A stretch of DNA of 64,000 bases from an uncultured delta proteobacterium (GTDB lineage: Bacteria > Myxococcota_A > Polyangia > Palsa-1104). The translations under genes were made by a program, and so were the position numbers. Where the stretch lies: contig CAWAWS010000026.1 of NCBI GenBank assembly GCA_963785725.1, forward strand, positions 32,001 through 96,000, written 5' to 3'. The notes beneath the pieces were generated by a model, which worked only from the letters and a program-made list of their open reading frames with translations, was not told where the DNA came from and searched no databases. Positions 20,636 through 31,373 of the stretch are shown here, piece by piece. The stretch's first letter is position 1; the number at the start of each line of letters is the position of its first letter.

Positions 20636-21196
20636 ATGGGACTCGCCGAGCTCGCGTTTCGCCTCACCGGATGGCGCACCGAAGGCGGTCCGCCGCCGGA
20701 CGACCGCTTCGTGCTCATCGCCGCGCCGCACACGTCGAATTGGGACGCCGTCATCATGCTGGTGGCGGCGCGAATCTTCGGTTTGCCGCTGGCCTGGTTC
20801 GTCAAAGACGACTGGTTCAAGTTTCCGATGGGGCCGCTCATGCGTCGCTTGGGCGGCGTGCCCATCAATCGCAGCGCGCGCCACGGCGTCGTCGAGCAGG
20901 CGGTCGAACGGCTGCAGGGCGACGAGCCGCTCGCGTTGGCAGTGCCGCCCGAAGGCACGCGCGGCAAAGCGCCGCACTGGAAGACCGGCTTCTATCACAT
21001 CGCCCGCGGCGCCAAGGTGCCGATCGTGCTCGCTTATCTCGATTACGGTCGCAAAGTGGCCGGCCTTGGTCCGGCGTTCGTGCCGACGGGAAACATGGAG
21101 GAGGACTTCAAGGTCTTCGCCGAGTTCTACAAGGATATCAAAGGCAAGCACCCGGAGCTCGCGGGCCCGATCGTGCCGCCGCCGGCCAAGACGTAG
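20636..21196 (+). CDS. Lysophospholipid acyltransferase (PlsC-like)
   Basis: APHTSNWD (HxxxxD), GGVPINR, PEGTR, WKTGFYHIA. Confidence 0.9.
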   Translation: MGLAELAFRLTGWRTEGGPPPDDRFVLIAAPHTSNWDAVIMLVAARIFGLPLAWFVKDDWFKFPMGPLMRRLGGVPINRSARHGVVEQAVERLQGDEPLALAVPPEGTRGKAPHWKTGFYHIARGAKVPIVLAYLDYGRKVAGLGPAFVPTGNMEEDFKVFAEFYKDIKGKHPELAGPIVPPPAKT

Positions 21197-21205
21197 CCGC
21201 GCCGC

Positions 21206-23176
21206 TCACTTCACGAGCAGCGGCGTCACCCACGGCACCTCTTCGGCGTGCTGGTTGAGCCGCCGGGTCCATTCGTCGTCATCCAGCCGCTGATAATGCT
21301 CGGTCGTCAGCTCGTAGTAGGACGACACGTAGCCGCGGAACAGCTGCGGCCCATGGCTCGTGGGCAGCTCGATGACGATGAGCCGCGGCCGCCCGGTCGC
21401 CACGCTCAGGATCTTGCCGACCGGGTTGCCGTCGGCATCGGTGGGCTGCGTGTGCACGTCGGCGATGGTCGGTCGCTGCCACAGGACGTCGGAGCAATCG
21501 TAATAGAGGTCGGCGTACCAGCCGAGCGGCCGATACATCGGCGCGCAGCCGCCGCCTTGGACCTTGATCGAGACCGCCTGGTTCATGAAGTCGAGGTCGG
21601 CGAGCAGGAGCGGCTTGCCGTCGCGCTCGCGTTCGGCCATGGCGCCGAGGTGGGTCGTCACCGCGGCAAACTGGGCGAAGTAGTCCTTCATATGAGCGCG
21701 CAGCTCGGCGTGCGCGGCGTCGTTCGGCAGCGCCTCGACGAGCGCGGCGGCGTGGTGCGCCAGCTCCGTCATCGCGGCGAAGAACTGCGGATACGGATCG
21801 ACGTAGGCATCGGGGAACTTGCACATCGCTTCGCCGGTGAAGGACTGCTTGGCGTAGAGGATCGTGTCGCGGCGCAGCTCGGCCCATGACGCCAGCTGCG
21901 ACTGCAGGAGCCGCCGATTCCAGGCCTCGCCGCGCAACGGCCACGGCAGCTTGTTGCCGCAATCGGGCTGCGACAGGCCGCGCAGCGCCAAGAGCCATTC
22001 GTGACCGAGGCTGCCGTGCCAGAGCGCGTCGCCGGCGCTGTCGCCTTTGCGGGTGACGGCGGCGAGCGCGTCGTCGTAACGATACGCCTTCAGCTCGGGC
22101 GCCAGCAGCCGCTTCGCCTCCGGGTTGTGGAAGACGGCGGCGCCGACGTCGAGCGGGCTCGGCATCATCCGCTTCTGCGGCAAGGCGCCGTAGACGACCG
22201 AGGCGAGCACGTCGCTGTCGAAGACGTAGCGCTGACCGAGCGCGATGAAGCTGATGCTCTGCTGATCGGGCCGTTTCAGCTGCGACAGGATGTGTTGCTT
22301 CGCGGCGCGCTCGAAGGCGGCCGCCACGGCCGCGCCGTCGTCGCCATGCAGCGCGTCGAGGCCGGCGCGGAGGCCGGGGAACGACATCGAGTCGGGCGGA
22401 CCGACGAAGCCGCCGAGCGTCCGATCGACCATCGTCCAAGCCTTCTGCGCGCGCGCCGAGAAGCAGCGCCGCAAGAGGCGCGCGGCGGCCAGTGCCCGCC
22501 GATTGACCTCCCACGGCTTGTCGCCTTCGCGCGTCGCCAAGAGCAGCTCCGTGCGTCCCAGCCACGTGAACGCGCGGAAATAGCGCTGCAGCCGCGGATC
22601 GTAAGTGTAGTGACCGCGCGGCTTGAACATCGACTCGTCGATCTTCATGGGCGCGCCGAAGAGCTCGATCGTCGCCGTGCCGGTGGCCTTGCGCAGCTGC
22701 GCGGCTAAGTCGAGCGCCGCGGCCGGCATCCCTGGCTGCGGCTTGGCCTCGAGCGCCACGGCGTCTTCGTCGAGCAGCGCCGCGGCGACGCCGAGGTAGA
22801 GCTCGAGGTCGGCGCGCGCCGTCGCGTCCGCGTCCTTGAACGTGGCCAGCCGCGCGCGCAGCTCGTCGACCAAGGTCTCGAGACTGTCGATGAGATAGGC
22901 GCGCTCGAGCTCGGCCAAGATGTCGTCGAACGACGCATGCAGCGCGTGCGCGATGGCGTCGGCCGTGAAATAGACCGGCTGATCGTGCTGGAAGATCTCG
23001 TTGTAACCGAGGTGGAAGCCGCCCGCTGACTGCGTGGGGTCGATGTAAAAGCCGTGCGCCGCGAGCGCGGCGCGCTGGGTGCTCGTCGGCTCGACGACGG
23101 GCCCGACGATGGCGCCGCGTGCGAGCGCGGACGACGACACGAGCACGGCCAGTGCGAGCGCAAATAGGCGTGGCAT
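21206..23176 (-). CDS. DUF3160-like exported protein
   Basis: Signal peptide; PVYFTADAI.HA.H..FD, FKPRGHYT, YFRA..WLG, LASWAELRRDTILYAKQS, IADVHT, G.VSSYYE. Confidence 0.78.
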   Translation of the reverse strand: MPRLFALALAVLVSSSALARGAIVGPVVEPTSTQRAALAAHGFYIDPTQSAGGFHLGYNEIFQHDQPVYFTADAIAHALHASFDDILAELERAYLIDSLETLVDELRARLATFKDADATARADLELYLGVAAALLDEDAVALEAKPQPGMPAAALDLAAQLRKATGTATIELFGAPMKIDESMFKPRGHYTYDPRLQRYFRAFTWLGRTELLLATREGDKPWEVNRRALAAARLLRRCFSARAQKAWTMVDRTLGGFVGPPDSMSFPGLRAGLDALHGDDGAAVAAAFERAAKQHILSQLKRPDQQSISFIALGQRYVFDSDVLASVVYGALPQKRMMPSPLDVGAAVFHNPEAKRLLAPELKAYRYDDALAAVTRKGDSAGDALWHGSLGHEWLLALRGLSQPDCGNKLPWPLRGEAWNRRLLQSQLASWAELRRDTILYAKQSFTGEAMCKFPDAYVDPYPQFFAAMTELAHHAAALVEALPNDAAHAELRAHMKDYFAQFAAVTTHLGAMAERERDGKPLLLADLDFMNQAVSIKVQGGGCAPMYRPLGWYADLYYDCSDVLWQRPTIADVHTQPTDADGNPVGKILSVATGRPRLIVIELPTSHGPQLFRGYVSSYYELTTEHYQRLDDDEWTRRLNQHAEEVPWVTPLLVK

Positions 23177-23296
23177 GGTCGGTTGTACGCAATCGATGGC
23201 ACGTGAGCTTCCCTCGATTGCGTACGAAAGACGCGCGGTTGTGCGTCAGATCATGCCGATCGTTCGCCGCTGCTAGTGGCTTTGCAGGACGCGTCC

Positions 23297-24747
23297 TCAG
23301 CGATCGGTCAGGGCCGTGGCGGCGTGGCGCGCGAGCGCGGGCAGGGCGGCCTGCGCGGCGAAGTAGCCGCATAAGCCGTGTACGCCGCCGCCGGGCGGAG
23401 TCGCCGCCGAGCACAAGAAGATGCGCCGGTGCGGCGTGCGATAAGGATTCCAGCGCGCCACCGGCCGCGTGAACAGCTGCCCCAGATCGGCGACGCCGCC
23501 CGTGATCGCGCCGCCGACGTAGGTCGGGTTGTAGCGCTCGAAGTCGGCGGCGGTCATCGCGTGGCGCGCCAAGATGCGCTCGCCGAAGCCGGGCGCGAAC
23601 CGCTCCAGCTGCCGCTCGACGACCGCCGTTTGATCGATCGTCGAGCCGTGCGGCACGTGGCAGTAGGCGTAACCCGTCTGCTTTCCGGCGGGCGCGCGGC
23701 TGGGATCGAGCGCGCTCTGCTGCACGACGAGCACGAACGGCCGCTCGGCGTGCTCGCCGCGCCACATTTGCCGCTCGCCGGCGGCGATCTCGTCGAGGGT
23801 GCCGCCGAGGTGCACCGTCGCGGCTTCGGCGACGGCGGGATCGCGCCAGGGGATCGGACCGTCGAGCGCCCAGTCGAGCTTGAAGACACCGGGGCCGTAG
23901 CGATAGCGACCGAGACGACGCACGTAGCCGGGCGGCAAAACCGGGCCGGCGATGGCGGCGAGCTGCGCCGGGCTCAAGTCGAAGAGGTAGGCGCGCGCCG
24001 GCGGCAAGTCGGCGAGCGTGCGCACCCAATGGCCGGTCTCGACGCGACCGCCGAGCGACGTGAGGAGGCTCGTCAAGGCGCGCGCGATGGCGACCGAGCC
24101 GCCTTGCGCGACGGGCCAATCCTCGACGTGACCGGTCATGCAGAAGATGAGGCCGAGCGCCGCCGTCAGCTTGTTCTCGAGCGGCTGGATGGCGTGTGCG
24201 GCGCAGCCGGCGAACAGCGCCCGCGCGCGCTCGCCCGAAAAGCGCGCCCGCGCCAGGCCAGTCGCCGAACGCAGCGCTTGCAGGCCGAAGCGGAGCATGC
24301 GCCAGGGATGGCGCGGCAGCTGGAGTGGCGCCAGGAATCGGCGATGAGCGCGTGCGGATCCTGCAGGAGCGGCGTCATGAGGCGGCGGTAGGCGTCGGCG
24401 TCGGGGCCGAGCGCGCGCGCCGTCTCGTCGAGCGACCGCTGCAGAATGACGGCCGGCTCACCGTCGAGCGGATGGGCCACCGAGACGCGCGATTGGCGCC
24501 AGACGAGCCCGTGCTCGGCGAGCGGCAGCGTGCGCCAATAGGGCGACAGGATGCCCATCGGGTGGCAGCCCGAGCAGACGTCGTGATGAAAGCCGGGCAG
24601 CGTCAGCTCCGCCGTGCGCGTGCCGCCGCCGAGGTCGGCGTGGCCTTCGAGCACGAGCACCGACGCGCCCTTTTGCGCCAGCGCGATGGCGGCGCTCAAG
24701 CCGTTGGGGCCGGAGCCGATGACGACGACGTCGGGATCGCCGCTCAC
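23297..24747 (-). CDS. Phytoene desaturase-like NAD(P)/FAD oxidoreductase (frameshift near 24330)
   Basis: VVIGSGPNGLSAAI, GGGTRTAELTLPGFHHDVCS; C-part FKLDWALDGPIPW, AYCHVP, NPTYVGGAI, PPGGGVHGLCGY. Confidence 0.85.
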
Positions 24748-26413
24748 GCCGTCGCCTTCGTGGGGTGACCGCCGGTCGTCCACGGCTGCGCGGCGCGCAA
24801 GTCGTCGACCGAGAGCGCGCCACTCGCGACTCGACCGCTGGCGGCGTCGACGATGCGCCAGGCGAGCGTGCGCGACAGGAGCGGCTCGGGCTCGACGAAG
24901 ATGCAGCGCAGCTCGCCCGGCTCGAACCCGCACTGCGCTTGCAGCGCCGTCAGCAGCTGCTCGTTGTGCAGGTGGCCGTCGCCGAAGTTCCAGCCGAGCG
25001 CCAGGCCGGCGACAATCTCACCGTCGAGCCATTCGTAGTCGGGCAGGGCGTCGACGGCTCTCGGGACCAGAATGCGGCAGCGCGCGTCCATGCAGATGCA
25101 TCATGCGGAACCCGAATACCATGCCGACGAGGCCGACGGCGGTGGCGCGGCTGTAGACGCGATCGAGCTGGTCGTACACCCAGGCGGCGGACGTCGTGAG
25201 GCGCGCGAGCTTGCGGTAGGACTCGCCGCGGAAGAGCCAGATCGAATAGGGCCAATTGCCGGCGTAGTAGCGCATGGCGAGCAGGAACGAGATGCGCGCC
25301 GGCCAAAGATTGCCCGCCAGCGGTATGATGATGAGCATCATCATTAGGAAGGCGGCGAGCGGCGGCGGTCCAATCGCCAAGAGCGAGACGTCGGGATGGG
25401 CCCAGAAGAGGGCGAAGCCGCCGTAGACCATCATGACGTTCCACTCGAGCGGCACGCCCATCGGCACGTTGCTGGTGATGTAGCCGTGCAGCGCCAGCAT
25501 CATGGCGATGGCGACGATGGGCGGCGTGCCGAGCGGCGTCAGCAAAAAGGCGATGGGCACGCCCATCTCGAGCGCGGTGCCGACGTGCGCCAGCCACGTC
25601 GCCAGCGTCGAAGGGCGCAGATCGTGTGGGTAGTTCCGATACATGCGGCGGCGCAGCCACGGAAAGCGCGTGAGCGGGCCGTTGCTCGTCATGACGCAGA
25701 CGACGGTGGGGAAGTGGTGGTTGAGCTTCGAGAAGCCGGCCCAGAACCAGAGCGCGAGCTGCACCGCTTTGGCGCCGGCGATCCAGGTTCGTCGCGAACG
25801 CAGCGCCACGATCGTGACCCAGTAGTGCTCGGCGCGCGCGGCGAGGAAGATGGTCTTGTCGCAGAGGCCGAGGAGCGGGATCAGCAGCGCCAGCGGCCAC
25901 AGCTCGTGCGCGCTCAGCGTCGGCGCGACGAGCGCGCGCACGGCCGCCGCGACGAGCGCGGCGTAGAGCAGCACGTCGACGACGGTGCGGCGCATGCCGC
26001 CGACGAGCGGCAAGCCGTGGCAACAGCGGCAGCTTGGTCGTCCCCGGGCGCAGGAAGTAGAGAAAGCCGCCGATGGGCGGCAGATAGCGGCCGGTGAGCG
26101 GACCGGAGCCGCAGCCGAAGCCGAGCACTTCGAAGAGGACGCTCCAGACGATCGCCTTCTCGAACGCCAGCGGCAGGAGCCACCAGGCGGCGATGGTCGA
26201 GACGCCGCCGAGCGACGGGCTGGTGCGACAACAGAGGAGCCAGCCGCCGACGTACAGCGCCATCTTGAGCGCGTAGAACGCGTAAGCGCCGAGCGGCGTT
26301 CCGTAGCCTTGCAGCGCCCACGCTTCGCAGACTTGCCGACCGCGCTCCGCGAGTGGCGCTTTGACCCACGCCAGCGGATCGTACGGCGGCGGCGTCGGAT
26401 CGAGCAGGCCCAT
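24744..26413 (-). CDS. DUF3556 family transmembrane protein (about three frameshifts)
   Basis: WALQGYGTP, LGFGCGSGPLTGRY.PP.GG..YFLRPGT, DKTIFLAARAEHY, SKLNHHFP.V, MGVPLEWN, MRYYAGNW, GWNFGDGHLHNEQL, spread across frames. Confidence 0.78.
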
Positions 26414-26494
26414 GCGGTCACTATATCCTCGTGCCGTCGCCTTTGCGTCGCGCGGGTTGCCGCGATGCGCTCGTTGCGCCTATCCTTTGCGCAA

Positions 26495-27202
26495 ATGCTC
26501 TACCTGAGGCTGTATCTGGAAGGGGTTCGGCGCGCGTTTCGCGGCATCGGCAAGAGCCCGTGGACGCTGGCGCTGCCGCTCATCTACGCCGCCGCGCTCA
26601 TCGCGGCGTCGATCTTGGTGGGCCCGCTCGGCGGGACGGTGGGCGGCTTCATCCTCGGCATCGTCCTCGACATGCTGACGAGCTCGCTGCTCTATTTCGT
26701 CGCGCAGGCGGTGCAGCTGACGCCGTCCAAGCCGCGCGAGCTGAAGCAGAGCGTGCTCGCGTTCTTCTGGCCCGTCGTCAGCTTCGGCTTCATCTACTGG
26801 CTCGCGTCGATGGTCATCACCGGCGCGCTCAAAGAGCAGCCCAACGGCGACAAGATCGGCTTGGCGATCTTCGGCGTCGTGGTGGTGCTCTTGAACGTCG
26901 TGCCCGAAGTCATCTATCAAAAGACGCCCGGCGACGCCGGTATTGGTCGCGGCATCGGCATCATCACCGAGAGCATCAAGTTCATTCAGACGCACTGGAT
27001 CGAGTGGCTGATCCCGAACATCGTGATTCTCGTCGGTTTGTACGAGCTGGAGCTGCTGCTGGCGCGGCTGCCGTTCGGCCTCTTCTTCATGCCGTTGACG
27101 GGCGTCCTGTTCTACGTCGTCTTCGTCATTCGCGGCTGCCTGTTCAACCTCATCGACACGACGACGCCGTATCAGCTCAAGCTGCGCTACGGCAAGAAGT
27201 AA
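26495..27202 (+). CDS. Hypothetical integral membrane protein
   Basis: About six hydrophobic segments, typical high-GC3 codons, upstream TATCCT element. Confidence 0.7.
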   Translation: MLYLRLYLEGVRRAFRGIGKSPWTLALPLIYAAALIAASILVGPLGGTVGGFILGIVLDMLTSSLLYFVAQAVQLTPSKPRELKQSVLAFFWPVVSFGFIYWLASMVITGALKEQPNGDKIGLAIFGVVVVLLNVVPEVIYQKTPGDAGIGRGIGIITESIKFIQTHWIEWLIPNIVILVGLYELELLLARLPFGLFFMPLTGVLFYVVFVIRGCLFNLIDTTTPYQLKLRYGKK

Positions 27203-27210
27203 ACGGCTGT

Positions 27211-28239
27211 TTACTTAGGCTGGGGCTCGTCGACGCGGCCGTCGGGATGGCGCGCGAAGCGGCCGCGCTCGGCGCCGTGCACGGGCCCGTCGGACGGCCA
27301 GGGCCAGCCGCCGAAGCGCGTCCGCCGGAAGTCGGCGAAGGCCTGCTCGAGCTCGGCGCGGCTGTTCATGACGAACGGGCCGTGCTGCGCCACCGGCTCG
27401 GCCAGCGGACGGCCCTGCAGGAGTAGGAGTTGGCTCGGCGCGGCGCCGTTGACGAGCGACACGGCGACGGTGGGATCGAGGCGCAAGGCGACGTTGCCGG
27501 TGACGGCCTTGCCGGCGACGGTGAGCGCGTTGCCGGCGAAGTAATAGAGCGTGCGTTCGCAGCCGGCGGCGGCGGCCGGCAGCGTCCACTCGGCGCCGGC
27601 GTCGAGCGCGATCGTCCAGATGGCGACGTCGGCGCGCGGGTCGGCGGCCCACGACTTGGGCGGCGGCGGCGGCGGGGCGACGTCGGCGAGCGCGCCGGCG
27701 ACGATGGTGACCGTCGTTTGGCGGCCGGCGCCGTCGGCGAAGACGCGCACGGGGATGGTCTCGCGCCACAACATCGAGAAGTGCGGCGCGACCAGCTTAT
27801 TTGCGCGCGGCAAGTTGAGCCAAATCTGAAACAGCTCGAGCGGATTGCCGGCGTCGCGACGCAAGAGCGGGAACATCTCGGCGTGCACGATGCCGCCGCC
27901 GGCGGTGAGCCACTGCGCGTCACCGGCGCCGAAGCGCGCCGCGGCGCCGAGCGAGTCGGAGTGGTCGATGACGCCGCGCCGCACCAGCGTCACGGTCTCG
28001 AAGCCGCGATGCGGATGGCCGGGAAAGCCGGGGACGACGTCGCCGTGATACATGCGCCAGCCGTCTTTGCCGGCGAAGTCGTTGCCGATGCGACGGCCGG
28101 CCAGCGACGCCGTCGGCGGCGCCAAGCGCGCGTCGCCGGCCGGATAATCGTCGACGTGATGCACGCAGACGAGGAACGGATCGACCGTCTGCCACGGAAA
28201 ACCGAGCGGCTCGATGGCCAACAATGCCGGGCGCGCCAT
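27211..28239 (-). CDS. Pirin family protein
   Basis: DPFL, GFPGHPHRGFETVT, DHSDSLG, QWLTAGGGIVHAEM, FQIWLNLP, EPVAQHGPFVMN. Confidence 0.92.
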   Translation of the reverse strand: MARPALLAIEPLGFPWQTVDPFLVCVHHVDDYPAGDARLAPPTASLAGRRIGNDFAGKDGWRMYHGDVVPGFPGHPHRGFETVTLVRRGVIDHSDSLGAAARFGAGDAQWLTAGGGIVHAEMFPLLRRDAGNPLELFQIWLNLPRANKLVAPHFSMLWRETIPVRVFADGAGRQTTVTIVAGALADVAPPPPPPKSWAADPRADVAIWTIALDAGAEWTLPAAAAGCERTLYYFAGNALTVAGKAVTGNVALRLDPTVAVSLVNGAAPSQLLLLQGRPLAEPVAQHGPFVMNSRAELEQAFADFRRTRFGGWPWPSDGPVHGAERGRFARHPDGRVDEPQPK

Positions 28240-28368
28240 GGTCAACCTCGCCGCTTCCCGGGAGAGCTCGGCGCGTCCGACAGTGACAGGTCGACCTTCG
28301 GCATACAGCCATCGTGGGTCTGCGCGCGGCGTGGCGCAAGAGGCGGCTGACGAGCGCGAGTCGTAAAG

Positions 28369-29844
28369 CTACTTGACGACCGGCACTTGGCGCGGATCGC
28401 CGGCGCGCGCCGCGGCCAATCCCGCTGCGACGCCCGCGCCGTATTCCTGATCGGCGTGCTGGAAATGGGCCAATTGACGCTTTTGAATGTGCGTCGGGCA
28501 CCGACTTCATCGCGCCCACGATATTGCGCACCAACAATGCGCGCTGCTCGCGGCTCATCAGCCGGTAAAGGTCACCCGCTTGCGAGTAATAGTCGTCGTC
28601 GTCGCGATGATTGTAGCGATTGACCGCGCCCGACAGCGTCAAGGGCGGCGTCGCACCGTCGTCGAGCGTGCGCACCTCGTCGAAGCTGTTGGGATGATAG
28701 TTGGGGCCGCTGCCGCCGTTGCCGTCGAGACGCAGCCCGCCGTCGCGATGATAATGGCGCACTTCGTTATGCGGCTTATTGACGGGGATTTGATGGTAGT
28801 TGACGCCCAAACGATAACGATGCGCATCGGCGTAGGCGAAGAGGCGGCCTTGCAGCATGCGATCGGGCGAAAAGCCCAAGCCGGGCACGACCGCCGACGG
28901 CGCGAACGCCGCTTGCTCGACGTCGGCGAAGTAGTTGTCGGGGTTGCGATTGAGGACGATCTCGCCCACTTCCATACGCGGATAGTCCTTATGCGACCAC
29001 ACTTTGGTGACGTCGAATGGATTGACATTGGCGTTGATCGCCTCCGCTTCCGGCATGACTTGAATGAACATCGTCCAGCGCGGATGATCGCCGCGCTCGA
29101 TGGCCTCGAAGAGATCGCGCTGCGCATGATCGGGATCGCTGCCCGCCAGCTCCAGCGCTTTGCTCCGGCGATAGATTGCGAATGCCTTGCACTGGTCTTG
29201 AAGTGATATTTCACGAAGAAGCGCTCGTTCGTTGGCGTTGATCATGCTGAAGGTGTGGCTGCCGAAGCCGTCCATGAAGCGATAGCCGTCCGGGATGCCG
29301 CGATCCGAGAACAGGATCGTCACTTGATGCAGCGACTCCGGATGCGGCGACCAGAAGTCCCACTGCATGGTCGCGTCTTTGAGTGCGTCTGCGGATGACG
29401 CTTTTGCGTATGCACGAAGTCGGGAAACTTCGACGGATCGCGCAAGAAGAAGACCGGCGTATTGTTGCCGACCAGATCCCAAATACCCTCCTCGGTATAG
29501 AACTTGATTGCAAATCCGCGCGGATCGCGCTCGGTGTCGGCCGATCCCGCTTCGCCGCCGACCGTCGAGAAGCGAATGAACAGGGGCGTCTTCTTGCCAA
29601 TCGTGTCGAATAGCTTGGCCTTGGTGTACCGCGTGATGTCGCGCGGTGACGTCAGCTCGCCGAACGCGCCCGATCCTTTGGCGTGCACGACGCGCTCGGG
29701 GATGCGCTCGCGATTGAAGTGCGCGAGCTTCTCGAAGAGGTGAAAGTCTTCGAAGACGATCGGTCCGCGCGGGCCGGCCGTGAGCGAGTTCTGATTGTCG
29801 GAGACCGGAACGCCATTCGCCGTCGTCAGATATTTAGTCGACAA
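28369..29844 (-). CDS. Monofunctional heme catalase, small subunit (several frameshifts)
   Basis: [17 protein letters not shown] (distal His), [34 protein letters not shown] (proximal Tyr). AAGGAGG SD with TTG start. Frame breaks near 29380, 29200 and 28490. Confidence 0.88.
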
Positions 29845-29883
29845 GAACTCCTCCTTTTCGTGACAGGTGCGAATGAGCTGCGA

Positions 29884-30300
29884 TTAAAGACATTGCGCGC
29901 GCGCTTGCAGTAAGGCGGCGACGTCGTGGCGGCCGAACATGACGGCGAAGCCGTGCGCGTCGACGCCGGCGGCGTTCTTGGCCGTCACATCGGCGCCGGC
30001 GTCGAGCAGCCTGCCGATGATGGAGAGGTGGCCTTTGAAACAGGCGCCCATCAGCACCGAGTTGCCGCCGTCGTCGGCGCTGTTGGGATCGGCGCCGGCG
30101 GCGAGGAGGCGGTCGAACGCGGCGGCGCTGCCGCTGTAGGCCGCGAGCATGAGCGCCGAATAGCCGCGCGCGTCGCGGGCGTCGAGCGCGGCGCCGGCGG
30201 CCAAGAGGCGCTCGATCGTGGCTACGTCGTCGGCTTTGGCGGCGCTCCACAGCGTCGCCGGCAGGTCCATGGTCTTCTTGTATTCGTCCCAAGTCGTCAT
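29884..30300 (-). CDS. ankB: Ankyrin repeat protein (AnkB-like, catalase-associated)
   Basis: GYSALMLAAYSG, GADPN, GNSVLMGACFKGH, LLDAGAD; lies directly upstream of the catalase. Confidence 0.8.
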   Translation of the reverse strand: MTTWDEYKKTMDLPATLWSAAKADDVATIERLLAAGAALDARDARGYSALMLAAYSGSAAAFDRLLAAGADPNSADDGGNSVLMGACFKGHLSIIGRLLDAGADVTAKNAAGVDAHGFAVMFGRHDVAALLQARAQCL

Positions 30301-30377
30301 GTCGTCTCCCTTCGCTTACGCAGGAGAAGATCGCGCACCTCGGGCGAAGGCTCCAATACATCGTGCCGCGATTGGCG

Positions 30378-30392
30378 ATAGGCTGAGGCTAT
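30378..30392. promoter_or_regulatory. Putative OxyR binding site upstream of the ankyrin-catalase genes
   Basis: ATAG-gctgagg-CTAT (ATAG-N7-CTAT), overlapping the oxyR stop codon. Confidence 0.7.
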
Positions 30393-31313
30393 CGGCGGAC
30401 GAGCTTGCCGACGACGCCGGCGAGCACGGCGGCGACGGCGCGCAACGCCGGTGCGCTCGGCGCCGTCGCGCGCCACACCAGGCACAGCGTGCGCGACGGA
30501 CCACGCGCGCCGAACGAGCGGAGGGCGAGGCCGCGCGCGCGATTCTCGGTGGCGACGGCGATGGCGGGCAAGAGCGTGACGCCGGCGCCGCCGGCGACCA
30601 TCTGCGCCAGCGTCGACAAGCTGGTGGCGCGCACGCTCGCTTCGTCGGCGCCGACGCGCTGGCACACGGCGAGCGCTTGATCGCGGAAACAGTGCCCGTC
30701 GTCGAGCAGGAGGACGGTCTCGCCGTCGAGCTGCTGGGGCCGCGCCGCCGCTTCGCTCTTGGCCAGGCGATGGCCGGGCGGCAGCGCCAGGTAGAACGGG
30801 TCGCGGCCGAGCGGCGCCTGCTCGAGATCGCCCAAGTCGGACTCGGCGGCGACGATGCCGGCCTCGAGCTCACCGGCGGCGATGCGCGCGAGGATGACGC
30901 GCGTCTTGTCCTCGATCCAGCGCAGCTGCAGCCGTGGAAACTGCGCGCGCAGCGCGCGGCGCGGCTTCCGGCAAGAGATAGGGTGCGATCGTCGGCAGGA
31001 TTCCGACGTGCAGCGTGCCGGCCAGCGGATCGCGCACGCGCTCGGACGTGGCCACGAGGTCGTCGGCCTCGCGCAGCGTGCGGCGCGCGCGTTCGAGCAC
31101 GGCCGCGCCCGCTTCGGTGACGACGACGGCGCGCGGCAGACGCTCGAAGAGGCGCACGCCCAGCGTCTCCTCGAGCTGCGCCACCTGCGCCGACAGTGAC
31201 GGCTGCGCGACGGCGCAGACCTCGGCGGCGCGGCGGAAGCTGCGGTGCTCGGCGACGGCCAGCGCATACTGCAGCTGGCGCAGCGACAGCGGGTGAGGCG
31301 ACCAACGGCTCAT
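30389..31313 (-). CDS. oxyR: OxyR hydrogen peroxide-sensing LysR regulator (frameshift near 30960)
   Basis: LRQLQYALAVAEHRSFRRAAEVC.V.QPSLS, ILPTIAPYLLP, LLLDDGHCFRDQALAVC (both redox Cys), ATSLSTLAQMVAGG.GVTLLP. Confidence 0.88.
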
Positions 31314-31326
31314 AGGACGAGCCTAT
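31312..31326. promoter_or_regulatory. Putative OxyR autoregulatory site
   Basis: ATAG-gacgagc-CTAT overlapping the oxyR start codon. Confidence 0.65.
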
Positions 31327-31373
31327 CGCACTTCGCGGCTGATGCGACTTTGGGCTAACGGTTGCGACGGGCG

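Noticed and set aside
21279..24119. Long Arg/Ala-rich alternative-frame ORFs here and throughout the track (for example 31435-33255, 61103-63469)
   Set aside because: Off-frame or antisense shadows of genes with clear family motifs.
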